Positions 1-11,849 of a DNA stretch of 64,000 nt are shown here, one piece after another. The notes under the pieces were generated by a model that ran no database searches, was not told where the DNA came from, and was given only the letters and a program-made list of their open reading frames with translations. Positions within the stretch are counted from its first letter, which is position 1. Each line of letters begins with the position of its first letter. The translations under genes were made by a program, and so were the position numbers. Source of the stretch: Eledone cirrhosa (taxonomy: Eukaryota); assembly GCA_964016885.1 (NCBI GenBank), contig OZ024740.1, forward strand, positions 69,502,001 through 69,566,000. Reading direction: 5' to 3'.

Positions 1-15
1 AGAAAGCCAGACAGG

Positions 16-60
16 AATATTGGACTAGTTTCGATGTTGTTACATCTCATCAGCAATATT
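16..60 (-). ncRNA. Type I hammerhead ribozyme of the 463-bp unit (further - copies at 479-523, 942-986, 1405-1449, 1868-1912, 2331-2375)
   Basis: Minus strand reads AAUAUUG-CUGAUGA-GAUGU(AACA)ACAUC-GAAA-CUAG-UC^CAAUAUU: 7-bp stem I (extendable), intact core, 5-bp stem II, 1-bp stem III with palindromic CUAG loop, GUC cleavage triplet. Confidence 0.93.
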
Positions 61-2551
61 TACCTATTCCGGCCTCTCTAGAGAATCGTAAAAGCACATA
101 TCGTTATATGCTTTTTCTATGAAAATTAGTAGTGGGCAGACTAATTTGCATAGAGCGTGAGTACGTACCGGTTCAGCGGAGACGATAAAAACAAATAACG
201 AAACGAAATTGAATTTCGCTTCGTTTGTAACTCACTTTTGTATGACTGACGCTTAACCAATTAAGTTAAAAATGTACATCCACATATGTATACTGAAATA
301 TTAGTATGCATATGAATACACACACGTGTACATATGTAGATGTACCGAGTTTTTCACTGGACACTTTACTGTGAGTGTTCAGCTATTCTGTATGTAAACA
401 CACAGACAATCCGGTTTTTAGAGTCATACTGGTTTTCTAGGAAACACCTTTCCTCTATTCTCCAGAAAGCCAGACAGCAATATTGGACTAGTTTCGATGT
501 TGTTACATCTCATCAGCAATATTTACCTATTCCGGCCTCTCTAGAGAATCGTAAAAGCACATATCGTTATATGCTTTTTCTATGAAAATTAGTAGTGGGC
601 AGACTAATTTGCATAGAGCGTGAGTACGTACCGGTTCAGCGGAGACGATAAAAACAAATAACGAAACGAAATTAAATTTCGCTTCGTTTGTAACTCACTT
701 TTGTATGACTGACGCTTAAACAATTAAGTTAAAAATGTACATCCACATATGTATACTGAAATATTAGTATGCATATGAATACACACACGTGTACATATGT
801 AGATGTACCGAGTTTTTCACTGGACACTTTACTGTGAGTGTTCAGCTATTCTGTATGTAAACACACAGACAAACCGGTTTTTAGAGTCATACTGGTTTTC
901 GAGGAAACACCTTACCTCTATTCTCCAGAAAGCCAGACAGGAATATTGGACTAGTTTCGATGTTGTTACATCTCATCAGCAATATTTACCTATTCCGGCC
1001 TCTCTAGAGATTCGTAAAAGCACATATCGTTATATGCTTTTTCTATGAAAATTAGTAGTGGGCAGACTAATTTGCATAGAGCGTGAGTACGTACCGGTTC
1101 AGCGGAGAGGATAAAAACAAATAACGAAACGAAATTAAATTTCGCTTCGTTTGTAACTCACTTTTGTATGACTGACGCTTAAACAATTAAGTTAAAAATG
1201 TACATCCACATATGTATACTGAAATATTAGTATGCATATGAATACACACACGTGTACATATGTAGATGTACCGAGTTTTTCACTGGACACTTTACTGTGA
1301 GTGTTCAGCTATTCTGTATGTAAACACACAGACAAACCGGTTTTTAGAGTCATACTGGTTTTCGAGGAAACACCTTTCCTCTATTCTCCAGAAAGCCAGA
1401 CAGGTATATTGGACTAGTTTCGATGTTGTTACATCTCATCAGCAATATTTACCTATTCCGGCCTCTCTAGAGAATCGTAAAAGCACATATCGTTATATGC
1501 TTTTTCTATGAAAATTAGTAGTGGACAGACTAATTTGCATAGAGCGTGAGTACGTACCGGTTCAGCGGAGACGATAAAAACAAATAACGTAACGAAATTA
1601 AATTTCGCTTCGTTTGTAACTCACTTTTGTATGACTGACGCTTAAACAATTAAGTTAAAAATGTACATCCACATATGTATACTGAAATATTAGTATGCAT
1701 ATGAATACACACACGTGTACATATGTAGATGTACCGAGTTTTTCACTGGACACTTTACTGTGAGTGTTCAGCTATTCTGTATGTAAACACACAGACAAAC
1801 CGGTTTTTAGAGTCATACTGGTTTTCGAGGAAACACCTTACCTCTATTCTCCAGAAAGCCAGACAGGAATATTGGACTAGTTTCGATGTTGTTACATCTC
1901 ATCAGCAATATTTACCTATTCCGGCCTCTCTAGAGATTCGTAAAAGCACATATCGTTATATGCTTTTTCTATGAAAATTAGTAGTGGGCAGACTAATTTG
2001 CATAGAGCGTGAGTACGTACCGGTTCAGCGGAGAGGATAAAAACAAATAACGAAACGAAATTAAATTTCGCTTCGTTTGTAACTCACTTTTGTATGACTG
2101 ACGCTTAAACAATTAAGTTAAAAATGTACATCCACATATGTATACTGAAATATTAGTATGCATATGAATACACACACGTGTACATATGTAGATGTACCGA
2201 GTTTTTCACTGGACCCTTTACTGTGAGTGTTCAGCTATTCTGTATGTAAACACACAGACAAACCGGTTTTTAGAGTCATACTGGTTTTCGAGGAAACACC
2301 TTTCCTCTATTCTCCAGAACGCCAGACAGGAATATTGGACTAGTTTCGATGTTATAAAATCTCATCAGCAATATCTACCTATTCCGGCCTCTCTAGAGAA
2401 TCGTAAAAGCACATATCGTTATATGCTTTTTCTATGAAAATTAGTAGTGGGCAGACTAAGTTGCATAGAGCGTGAGTACGTACCGGTTCAGCGGAGACGA
2501 TAAAAACAAATAACGAAACGAAATTAAAATTCGCTTCGTTTGTAATAGGTA

Positions 2552-3522
2552 AATATTGCTAATGAGATGTAACAACATCGAAACTAGTTCAATATTCCTG
2601 TCTGGCTTTCTGGAGAATAGAGGAAAGGTGTTTCCTCGAAAACCAGTATGTCTCTAAAAACCTTTTTGTGTGTGTGTTTACATACAGAATAGCTGAACAC
2701 TCACAGTAAAGTGTCCAGTGAAAAACTCGGTACATCTACATATGTACACGTGTGTGTATTCATATGCATACTAATATTTCTGTATACATATGTGGATGTA
2801 CATTTTTAACTTAATTGTTTAAGCTTCAGTCATACAAAAGTGAGTTACAAACGAAGCGAAATTTAATTTCGTTTCGTTATTTGTTTTTATCGTCTCCGCT
2901 GAACCGGTACGTACTCACGCTCTATGCAAATTAGTCTGCCCACTACTAATTTTCATAGAAAAAGCATATAACGATATGTGCTTTTACGATTCTCTAGAGA
3001 GGCCGGAATAGGTAAATATTGCTGATGAGATTTAACAACATCGAAACTAGTCCAATATTCCTGTCTGGCTTTCTGGAGAATAGAGGAAAGGTGTTTCCTC
3101 GAAAACCAGTATGACTCTAAAAACCGGTTTGTCTGTGTGTTTACATACAGAATAGCTGAACACTCACAGTAAAGTGTCCAGTGAAAAACTCGCTACATCT
3201 ACATATGTACACGTGTGTGTATTCATATGCATACTAATATGTCAGAATACATATGTGGATGTACATTTTTAACTTAATTGTTTAAGCGTCAGTCATACAA
3301 AAGTGAGTTACAAACGAAGCGAAATTTAATTTCGTTTCGTTATTTGTTTTTATCGTCTCCGCTGAACCGGTACGTACTCACGCTCTATGCAAATTAGTCT
3401 GCCCACTACTAATTTTCATAGAAAAAGCATATAACGATATGTGCTTTTACGATTCTCTAGAGAGGCCGGAATAGGTAAATATTGCTGATGAGATGTAACA
3501 ACATCGAAACCAGTCCAATATT
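2552..3522 (+). ncRNA. Three + strand hammerhead copies in the inverted arm (2552-2596, 3015-3059, 3478-3522), each mutated
   Basis: Copy 1 has CUAAUGA and GUU. Copy 2 has a stem II mismatch (GAUUU). Copy 3 has loop CCAG instead of palindromic CUAG. Confidence 0.85.
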
Positions 3523-3765
3523 CCTGTCTGGCTTTCTGGAGAATAGAGGAAAGGTGTTTCCTCGAAAACCATTATGACTCTAAAAACCGGTGTCTGTGTG
3601 TTTACATACAGAATAGCTTAACACTCACAGTAAAGTGTCCAGTGAAAAACTCGGTACATCTACATATGTAAACGTGTGTGTATTCATATGCATACTATTA
3701 TGTCAGTATACATATGTGGATGTACATTTTTAACTTAATTATATATATATGTATATATATATATG

Positions 3766-3812
3766 GGAACCAGTAAGACCCCGACAGCTGAGCTCAAGCC
3801 GTTTCCACGGCT
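3766..3812 (-). mobile_element. Short fragment of HHR element family B in (TA)n
   Basis: gggaaccagtaagaccccgacagctgagctcaagccgtttc matches the family B copy at 56362-56470. Confidence 0.75.
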
Positions 3813-3875
3813 ACATATACAGACACATCTACAGAAATACACATATATACACATATACAAAATACATAAACATAC

Positions 3876-3934
<59 letters not shown>

Positions 3935-3958
3935 TATAGATATATATGTGTGTATATA

Positions 3959-3999
<41 letters not shown>

Positions 4000-4121
4000 G
4001 AAAGGTATAGAAAACATTATATGTATATATGTATGTATATATATGCGTGTGTGTATGTGTGTATATATGTGTGTATATATGCGTGTATATATGTATATAT
4101 AAACATATATATATATATACA

Positions 4122-4181
<60 letters not shown>

Positions 4182-4200
4182 CATACACGTACATATATAT

Positions 4201-4239
<39 letters not shown>

Positions 4240-4307
4240 TGTATATATATACCTATATACACGCATATAATCACAAATATATACACACATACACACACGA
4301 ATATATA

Positions 4308-4339
<32 letters not shown>

Positions 4340-4349
4340 CATACATATA

Positions 4350-5258
4350 CACATATTTATTCAGGTTTGTGGTTCACCACTGTATAGAGCTGGTCTATTC
4401 CGTATGGTCAATCGTAATGTAATAATATACAGAGTACTCAACGTAAAGCAGTTCAACCGTCTTTGTTTTTGTAGTTGGTGGTGCTATTACGGAGTTAAAT
4501 ATTATAATGACATGACAGGAGGTTGGATTTGTGTAAATCCTTGAAAGGTTTATTATACTATTATCATTTCAATGACCGGGTTCCGTATGAATCCGGTGAT
4601 ATCATCAGGTATTCGAAATATAATACGTGAATGTAATAGATAAAATCGATGGGGCTGAAAATCGAGGACCCGAGGGCGACCGCTATCTTGCACCCTCTAT
4701 CTTAGCCGGTCGCCCTCCAGTGACGTGGCTAAGGCTCACAGTGTGCTACTACCGGTCAGATAAAGGAAAACAGAAAGGGATGGGAACATAAGTTACAAGA
4801 CAAAAGAAAGAAAGAAAGAAAGGAGAGAGAACAAGGGGGAAGGAAGAAGAGGAGAAGCCAGGGTTAATGTCAGCTATAAGAAGAAAGACAGAAAGAAAGA
4901 GGAGGAAAGGTCGGTATTACAGTCAGGCCTTCTTCTCTCTCCTTCCTTTCTTTCCTTCTTTTGTCTTGTAACTTATGTTCCCATCCCTTTCTGTTTTCCT
5001 TCATCTGACCGGTAGTAGCACACTGTGAGCTTTAGCCACGTCACTCGAGGGCGACTGGCTAAGATAGAGGGTGTAAGATAGCGGTCGCCGTCGGGTCCTC
5101 GATTTTCAGCCCCATGGATTTTATCTATTACATTCACGTATTATATTTCGAATACCTGATGATATCACCGGATTCATACGGAACCCGGTCATTGAAATAA
5201 TCATAGTATAATAAACCTTTCAAGGATTTACACAAATCCAGCCTCCTGTCATTTCATT
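4350..5258. mobile_element. Asymmetric fold-back element in (TA)n with divergent hammerheads at 4555-4612 (-) and 5152-5209 (+)
   Basis: Arms ~4505-4860 and ~4925-5258 are inverted copies. AUAC-CUGAUGA-..ACCGG..CCGGU..-GAAA-U(G/A)AU(C/A)A-UA^GUAU, with consensus stem III palindrome AUGAUCAU. AATAAA follows. Confidence 0.88.
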
Positions 5259-5303
5259 ACATATACATATATATATATACATATACATATACATATATAT
5301 ATA

Positions 5304-5530
5304 TGACAGTCAAGTTTGCAATTTTCAACAGTTGAAAATTGCAAACTTGACTGTCACCACACATTATGAACCTGAAGATTGCGAAAGCATGAAAGTACTT
5401 GTTCAATTAACCATTAACATTTAATATTCTACCATACTATTTCATTCTAATACCATTATACATGGTAAAGGATTGTAAATAAAACGAGTAAATCAGAGAA
5501 AGTTGGAATACCTTTTATTAATATAATCTT
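5304..5530 (+). mobile_element. Small HHR element: 26-bp perfect snap-back hairpin (5304-5356) followed by a hammerhead at 5367-5405
   Basis: UGAAC-CUGAAGA-U-UGC(GAAA)GCA-U-GAAA-GUAC-UU^GUUCA, palindromic GUAC loop. Flanked by TA-rich microsatellite. Confidence 0.85.
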
Positions 5531-5559
5531 CTATACACAATCATACAGACCCGTGTATA

Positions 5560-5645
<86 letters not shown>

Positions 5646-5646
5646 G

Positions 5647-5702
<56 letters not shown>

Positions 5703-5722
5703 ATATATATATGTATATACAA

Positions 5723-5758
<36 letters not shown>

Positions 5759-5785
5759 ACACATATACATATATATATATATATA

Positions 5786-6230
5786 TACGATATTAAACAA
5801 ATGGAAACTATATTTATAAAACCATATTTATTTCATTATACATATTTCAGGGATACCATATTAAAAATATGGCATGCCTTCTTCAGATAAAATACAATAT
5901 ATAAGCAGTTTTATAAATAAATTTGACGTACCATAAATATTGATCAACTTCCATGTAAAAAGTTGATCTACTTCCATGGAAGTTGATCAATATTTAGGGT
6001 ACGTCAAATTTATTTATAAAACTGCTTATATATTGTATTTTATCTGAAGAAGGCATGCCATATTTTTAATATGGTATCCCTGAAATATGTATAATGAAAT
6101 AAATATGATTTTATAAATATAGTTTCCATTTGTTTAATATCGTATATCTACTCCAAAACTTGTTGGGTGCTTTATATCAGTTATAAAATATTTACTTTTT
6201 GTAACCCAACAATTTTAAATAAAACTTTTG
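5786..6230. mobile_element. Family C fold-back element in (TA)n with hammerheads at 5829-5894 (-) and 6036-6101 (+)
   Basis: UAUUUUAU-CUGAAGA-[long stem II ..GCCAUAUU/AAUAUGGU..]-GAA-AUAUGUAU-A^AUGAAAUA. Stem III is self-complementary with G-U pairs. Arms ~5786-5955 and ~5975-6146. Confidence 0.88.
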
Positions 6231-6231
6231 C

Positions 6232-6271
<40 letters not shown>

Positions 6272-6317
6272 CTATACATATATATATATATATACATATA
6301 TATATATGTATATACAC

Positions 6318-6356
<39 letters not shown>

Positions 6357-6403
6357 CATACATGCATGTATACATGCACATGCATATACATATACTAGCA
6401 GAT

Positions 6404-6436
<33 letters not shown>

Positions 6437-6630
6437 CATACACAGACGTACACATATACACATATATAAACATACACACCCATATATACACGTACACACA
6501 TATATATATACATATATATAAATATATACACATATACACGCACATATACATATATATATATATATATATATACATATGTATATATATATATATATACACA
6601 CATAAACATACATACACATTCACACATATA

Positions 6631-6716
<86 letters not shown>

Positions 6717-6719
<3 letters not shown>

Positions 6720-7613
6720 TATAAAGTATGTCCATAGAATCATTTGATAGGATATATACACCATCTCCTCTCTCAATCACCATAATCAACCAAACAAAAC
6801 CAATTAAACCAGGCTATAAGATTAAAAGGCACCTATGAAGAAATAATAGATAAATAAACGACACCCATCTACTCGCGATCAACACAGCCATAGAATATTT
6901 ACCCAACATTTCAATAGCACGTGGAATCGATTAAATATATCGTCAACCATACACAATTAGGTATACATTTAAAGTTAGAAGAAAAAATGTATATAAACAT
7001 ACGAAGATTACGTTTCTACCCATTGGGATTTCACTCGCGTTTGGAAATATCCCATCAAGGACAAGTTCATAAGCTTCGAATTCATCAGGAAACAAACTCA
7101 CTTGGACGAAGATTTTTCTTAAATGATCCCCGCCAGAAATGAATTCAAAATGGCTAAGAACTGTTGCGTGGCAGTGATCAAGTCGGAAAGAATGTGATTG
7201 GTGACTTACGGCGAGTGGACTGGTTGCTAGAAAGCGCAGCCTAATATTGCCTAAATTGCATCTCAACCTCATGGGAGATTATAAAATATAAAGATCTACA
7301 TATTCACAAACTAGACAAAGTCATGGATATATATATATATGTTTTTGGCAACCATTCACGATGTGGCTCAATGACGAATTAATTAATTAAATAACTAACA
7401 ATCAGAGCAATATACTATAATGTATGTCCATAGAATCATTTGATAAGATGTATACACCATCCCCTCTCCCAATCAGCATAATCAACCACACAAAAAAAAC
7501 AATCAAACCAGGCTATAAGATTAAAAGGCACCTATGAAGAAATAATAGATAAATAAACGACAGCCATCTATTCGCGATCAACAGCCATAGAATATTTACC
7601 CACCATTTCAATA
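6717..7613. mobile_element. Partial-tandem element (~696-bp unit with ~200-bp direct terminal repeats) in (TA)n
   Basis: 6717-6916 is repeated at 7413-7613. Only a degenerate HHR-like motif is present (CUGAUGA...GAACUUGUC, - strand 7060-7088). Confidence 0.65.
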
Positions 7614-7649
7614 TATATTATATACATATATACACATACATACACATAC

Positions 7650-7744
<95 letters not shown>

Positions 7745-7885
7745 TATATAAACACACACATACACATATATATATATATACACACACATATACACATATA
7801 CATACACATATATATATATACATATATATATATACATAAATATACACGTACATATACATATACATATATATATACATATATACAC

Positions 7886-7920
<35 letters not shown>

Positions 7921-7929
7921 TACACACAC

Positions 7930-7961
<32 letters not shown>

Positions 7962-8070
7962 GTACATATATATATATACATATACATACATATGTATATA
8001 TATATATATATATACATACACACAAACAATACATACATACATACATACATATATATACATATATATATAT

Positions 8071-8129
<59 letters not shown>

Positions 8130-8304
8130 AACACACAAACATGCCCATATGCAGGTACATGTGAACGCACGAACACACAGCGGTATCCATACAAACGAAC
8201 GGCCACTCATACAAATACATACAAACAAACATCTACTTATAAATAAACGCATATACACAGGCACAAAAACATTTCTAGAAGCAGAAAATGCAGATAAGTA
8301 AGAG

Positions 8305-9693
8305 GTACCTACATAAGAGAGTTTGTTCAGTAGCGGGCCCTTGGCGAATAAAATTTCGTAGCTCTCTGAGATACAAAGGTCGCAGCACTTGTGTCCTCCG
8401 ATGTATGAGCGCGCTCTCTGGAGTATTTTCCATTTAAGCGTGAAGGGGTGGATTTCCTTTTGAGGTCCCAAACATAGGAGGCGAGTGTTGTCTGATTTGA
8501 TTCGTCCGGTCTGCTGAAAGAGTGGGTATGGGCATACCACCCGGTCTTAAAGTTATTGGAAGTCATGCCGATGTAAGTCTTTTTGTTGTTGCAATCATCG
8601 GTGCCTGAGATGACATCGCATTTCTATACGATATCATTTGTCAGGCATTTGTTTTCAAGTGGGGAGGCTTCCTTATTTAGGCAATTACACAAGGCCCCAG
8701 TCCGAGGATTGGGTTCGGAGGTGTTTGGCTTATTTAATTTTTTAGAATTGTGATTGGCTATATTCCTAGCTAAGTTAGGTGTGGTGGAGTAGGAGAGTCT
8801 TATTGTGTTCTTATTAAAGATGGTGTAGTACCTATGTTGTATGGGGACGTCTGTGTTCAGCAAAGTGAAGAAAATCCTAGCTATAGGTGTAGAGACCTCT
8901 CTATTGAAGGGAGGGTTGTACCAGCTAATCTGCATATGCCTATTCCTCCTATGAAGACTTGCGGTGGTTTCTAGGTAGGTTATCTTTCTTTAAATCCGCT
9001 GCGGGCGAGGGCGTCATTGTAGTAGGAGGCACAGGCGTTAAAAATATCTTCATTGTCAGAGAGGCCAGAGATTCTAATAGAGACGCTTTTTACTAAGTTA
9101 TCAGTGATGTTTTGGGGGTGGTTAGAATTAACAATAATATATCTAAGGGACTCATTAGGTTTGTGGTACGGGTAATAGAAGGAAGTATCTAGGTCGAGAG
9201 TGACATTTAAAAAGTTGGTCCTAGTTATATTAGATTCTATAGTTATACTAAATCCTAGATTACGGAAGAACGAGCTTAAGTTTCTCCGAAACCCATCGGT
9301 GGTTCTGGGGTTAACCTTGTGCAGGTCGAAGAGGCTGTCGTCTCGGTATAAACCTCCGGTTAGGCCAGTAAAGAGGTTCTTCATGTGAAGTAAAATGTAC
9401 AGGCCCACAAGGTCGCTAATTTCAGCCGAGACACGCGCTCCCATGCTGACATCAAATGGGGTCTGAGACTTTTTGTTGAACGAGTATGATCCATCGTGGT
9501 ATGGGAAGCTCTTACGGGAATGGAGGATAACATCTTGCTCAGCATCGGCTATGGTGGTAAAATTCCTGACAAAGGTAATTGCGTCCTTCAGTAGGGGCTC
9601 CGAAATGGAAGCATAGTAGTTTTCTATGTTGAGTTGCAGGAAGCGAGTGTGGCCTTTCTCGGGTAATTCTTGGAACCAAGATATTGCCTCAGA
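8305..9693 (-). pseudogene. Penelope-like element RT + GIY-YIG endonuclease fragment (probably Naiad-type), with frameshifts and stops
   Basis: Motifs GLYRDD, FLNVTLDL, YPYHKPN..Y..VNSNHP, WYNPPF, CNC...[29 protein letters not shown]. Flanked by TA-rich tracts. Clade assignment is from motif recall only. Confidence 0.9.
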
Positions 9694-9694
9694 G

Positions 9695-9770
<76 letters not shown>

Positions 9771-10099
9771 TGAAGAGTTCATTCTACTGACATGGCTTTA
9801 AAAATGAGGCTTGTTTGCATAATTGCAAACGAATCGAATGTCATTATTAATATTCGAAAAACTCAGATTACATTTATTGTATTCAGCCATGTAGAGCGAA
9901 ACATTTTTTTTTATATATATATAAATATATATATATACATACATATATATATACATATATATAGAGAGATATAGATATAGATACATATATATATATATAC
10001 ATACTTATTTATATATGATATATATTTATCCCTATCGATCCGTCTTTGGATTTTAGTCTACAGATTTATTATTATTACATGCATACATATATATATACA

Positions 10100-10617
10100 T
10101 GATAGCTGCCCCCTCGTTATCGAGTATGGCCATTGCAATATATACCATTATTAATAATTATTAATTAATTCTATCGTGCAATGCCTGTGCGTGAAGATAT
10201 TTTTTAATTGATGAAAGACTGTGCACTGAGCCAATCCCACTCTCTGAGCGACAGTACCTTTAACCCTAAAAGAAGAAAAGATCAACATAATCGGTAACTA
10301 CTGAGCTGCAGGTTTATATCGGAGTTATACCAGTTTCCTGAGTTGCATTCTCCTAGAAGAATGCCCTGACAAAGGCTAGGTGTCCTTCACTCGCAGTGGT
10401 TTAACCGCGCGGTATATGTGTATATACATGTGTACATATTTACACACTTTCGGGTGACCTTTGACTCTTATGAGTTCTTCCGCCCTTTGACAGGTTTTGT
10501 TTTTTGTCCTGCCGGGTGTCCAAAATCACCCTCCTCACCAAGTAAACTTGGTGAGGTTTGCCGGTTTAGTCGCTGACGATCCGACCATGCCGCAGGTTGT
10601 ACTGGGTTACATGTTAC
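10100..10617 (-). mobile_element. Dispersed ~0.5-0.6 kb non-coding repeat (family D), resembling an RTE 5' region
   Basis: Reverse complement aligns with 36376-36985 and 59855-60385 (gtaacatgta..cagtacaa..catggtcgg..gcgactaaac..aaaacctgtcaaagggc). Confidence 0.7.
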
Positions 10618-10621
10618 ATAC

Positions 10622-10655
<34 letters not shown>

Positions 10656-10689
10656 TTATATATGTTTGATATAACTATAAATATGTAGG

Positions 10690-11043
10690 TTAGTACTAAG
10701 TACTAGCCGGTTACCGGTATGACAAAAGGCTCAATGCAAATTTTCAAGTGTGTTACAGAGCCGAGATACAAAGTGTTAAAACGATCAAATTTTAGTTTAG
10801 AACATTTATTAGGTGACAATTGTTTCTTCCAGAGGGAAGTCTGTATTCATCAGACATAAGGAATGTCGAAAACATGTAACTAGATTCCTAGTCAACTATG
10901 TACCCTAAATGTTCTAAATGACTAGGATTCTAGTTACACGTTTTCGACATTCCTTATGCTCCGATGATCCCAGACTTCCCTCTGGAAGAAACAATTGTCA
11001 CATAATAAATGTTCTAAACTAAAATTTGATCGTTTTAACACTT

Positions 11044-11048
<5 letters not shown>
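10690..11048. mobile_element. Fold-back element with hammerheads at 10809-10859 (-, intact core) and 10954-11005 (+, CCGAUGA core)
   Basis: UUAUGU-CUGAUGA-..CAGA(CUUCCC)UCUG..-GAAA-CAAUUG-UC^AC(C/A)UAA, palindromic stem III ACAAUUGU. Arms 10766-10894 and 10919-11048. Ends in (TA)n. Confidence 0.88.
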
Positions 11049-11113
<65 letters not shown>

Positions 11114-11302
11114 TACATAATATATATATATAGATATGTGTATATATATATATGACTTCCATTTTCTTCATCTTATAATGAATTAGCAGTGTGAGCTGTT
11201 GTTTGCTTGACTCTCATATGAGTATGAGTGGTTGCTTGTGATGGTTGTGTATAAATGGATCTGTTCGTCTGTACGCGTTTATGCTGTATTTTCTTGAATA
11301 AG

Positions 11303-11411
11303 GATTCGACTAAATATATTGGAAAGTTGACTAAGAAAGAACGAATGAACAAGAATGAAGAAGACACACTATGTATCCAGCGTACTGTAATAGACATCAG
11401 AAATAAATTAC
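11303..11411 (+). CDS. Candidate host exon (DSTKYIGKLTKKERMNKNEEDTLCIQRTVIDIRNKL)
   Basis: ttttcttgaataag acceptor, open frame, c|gtaagc donor, non-repetitive sequence. No homology recognised. Confidence 0.3.
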
Positions 11412-11704
11412 GTAAGCGGATAAAATATGGCTTACAATGTGTTTTGTTGATTCCCTAGAAGAGAAGTAAGGGAGTGCAAAGTAGAAACCCCATGTATGCT
11501 TCGAAATAATTCACGTTGAATTATGCTGCAGGGAAGTAATGAACAGAGGAAAAGAAGGGGAGAATGTTTCAAACTGAAATAAATGGCGATGTAAAATATA
11601 TATTACGCCCGTCCGACTTGAACGTTGATTTTTTTTTTTACAGAGACAAAATCATTACTTATGTGTATTGATTTTTTTTCTTTTATTTATCTTTTCATAA
11701 TACA

Positions 11705-11793
11705 CTAGCAGAAGAACCGTCCCTTCGGGCGGTTTTCTGCGAGCATATGTAATGTGCATATTGGTATTATACGCAAATATATATGTATATAGA
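11705..11793 (-). mobile_element. 89-bp miniature Helitron
   Basis: Minus strand A|TCTATATACATATA...GCAGAAAACCGCCCGAAGGGACGGTTCTTCTG-CTAG|T: TC start, subterminal GC hairpin, CTAG end, AT target. Confidence 0.7.
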
Positions 11794-11849
11794 TATAATA
11801 TGTAAAATGAAAAGTAAATTGACAGTATCTGCTACTTCGCCCACTTATT

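Larger units (their letters stand above)
1..3740. repeat. 463-bp tandem array with one type I hammerhead per unit (retrozyme-like satellite). About 5.5 units with HHR on the - strand, an inversion at ~2545, then about 2.6 units with HHR on the + strand, ending in (TA)n
   Basis: Period of 463 (repeated ORF starts 340/803/1266/1729/2192). 2545-3740 is the reverse complement of the unit. The array runs off the left edge of the window. Confidence 0.95.

Noticed and set aside
340-2437. Five tandem 81-aa ORFs as a gene cluster
   Set aside because: They are a by-product of the 463-bp repeat, lie antisense to the hammerhead, and show no recognisable domain or splice structure.
1-3740. CRISPR-like array
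   Set aside because: Units are near-identical over their whole length with no unique spacers, there are no cas genes, and the context is eukaryotic.
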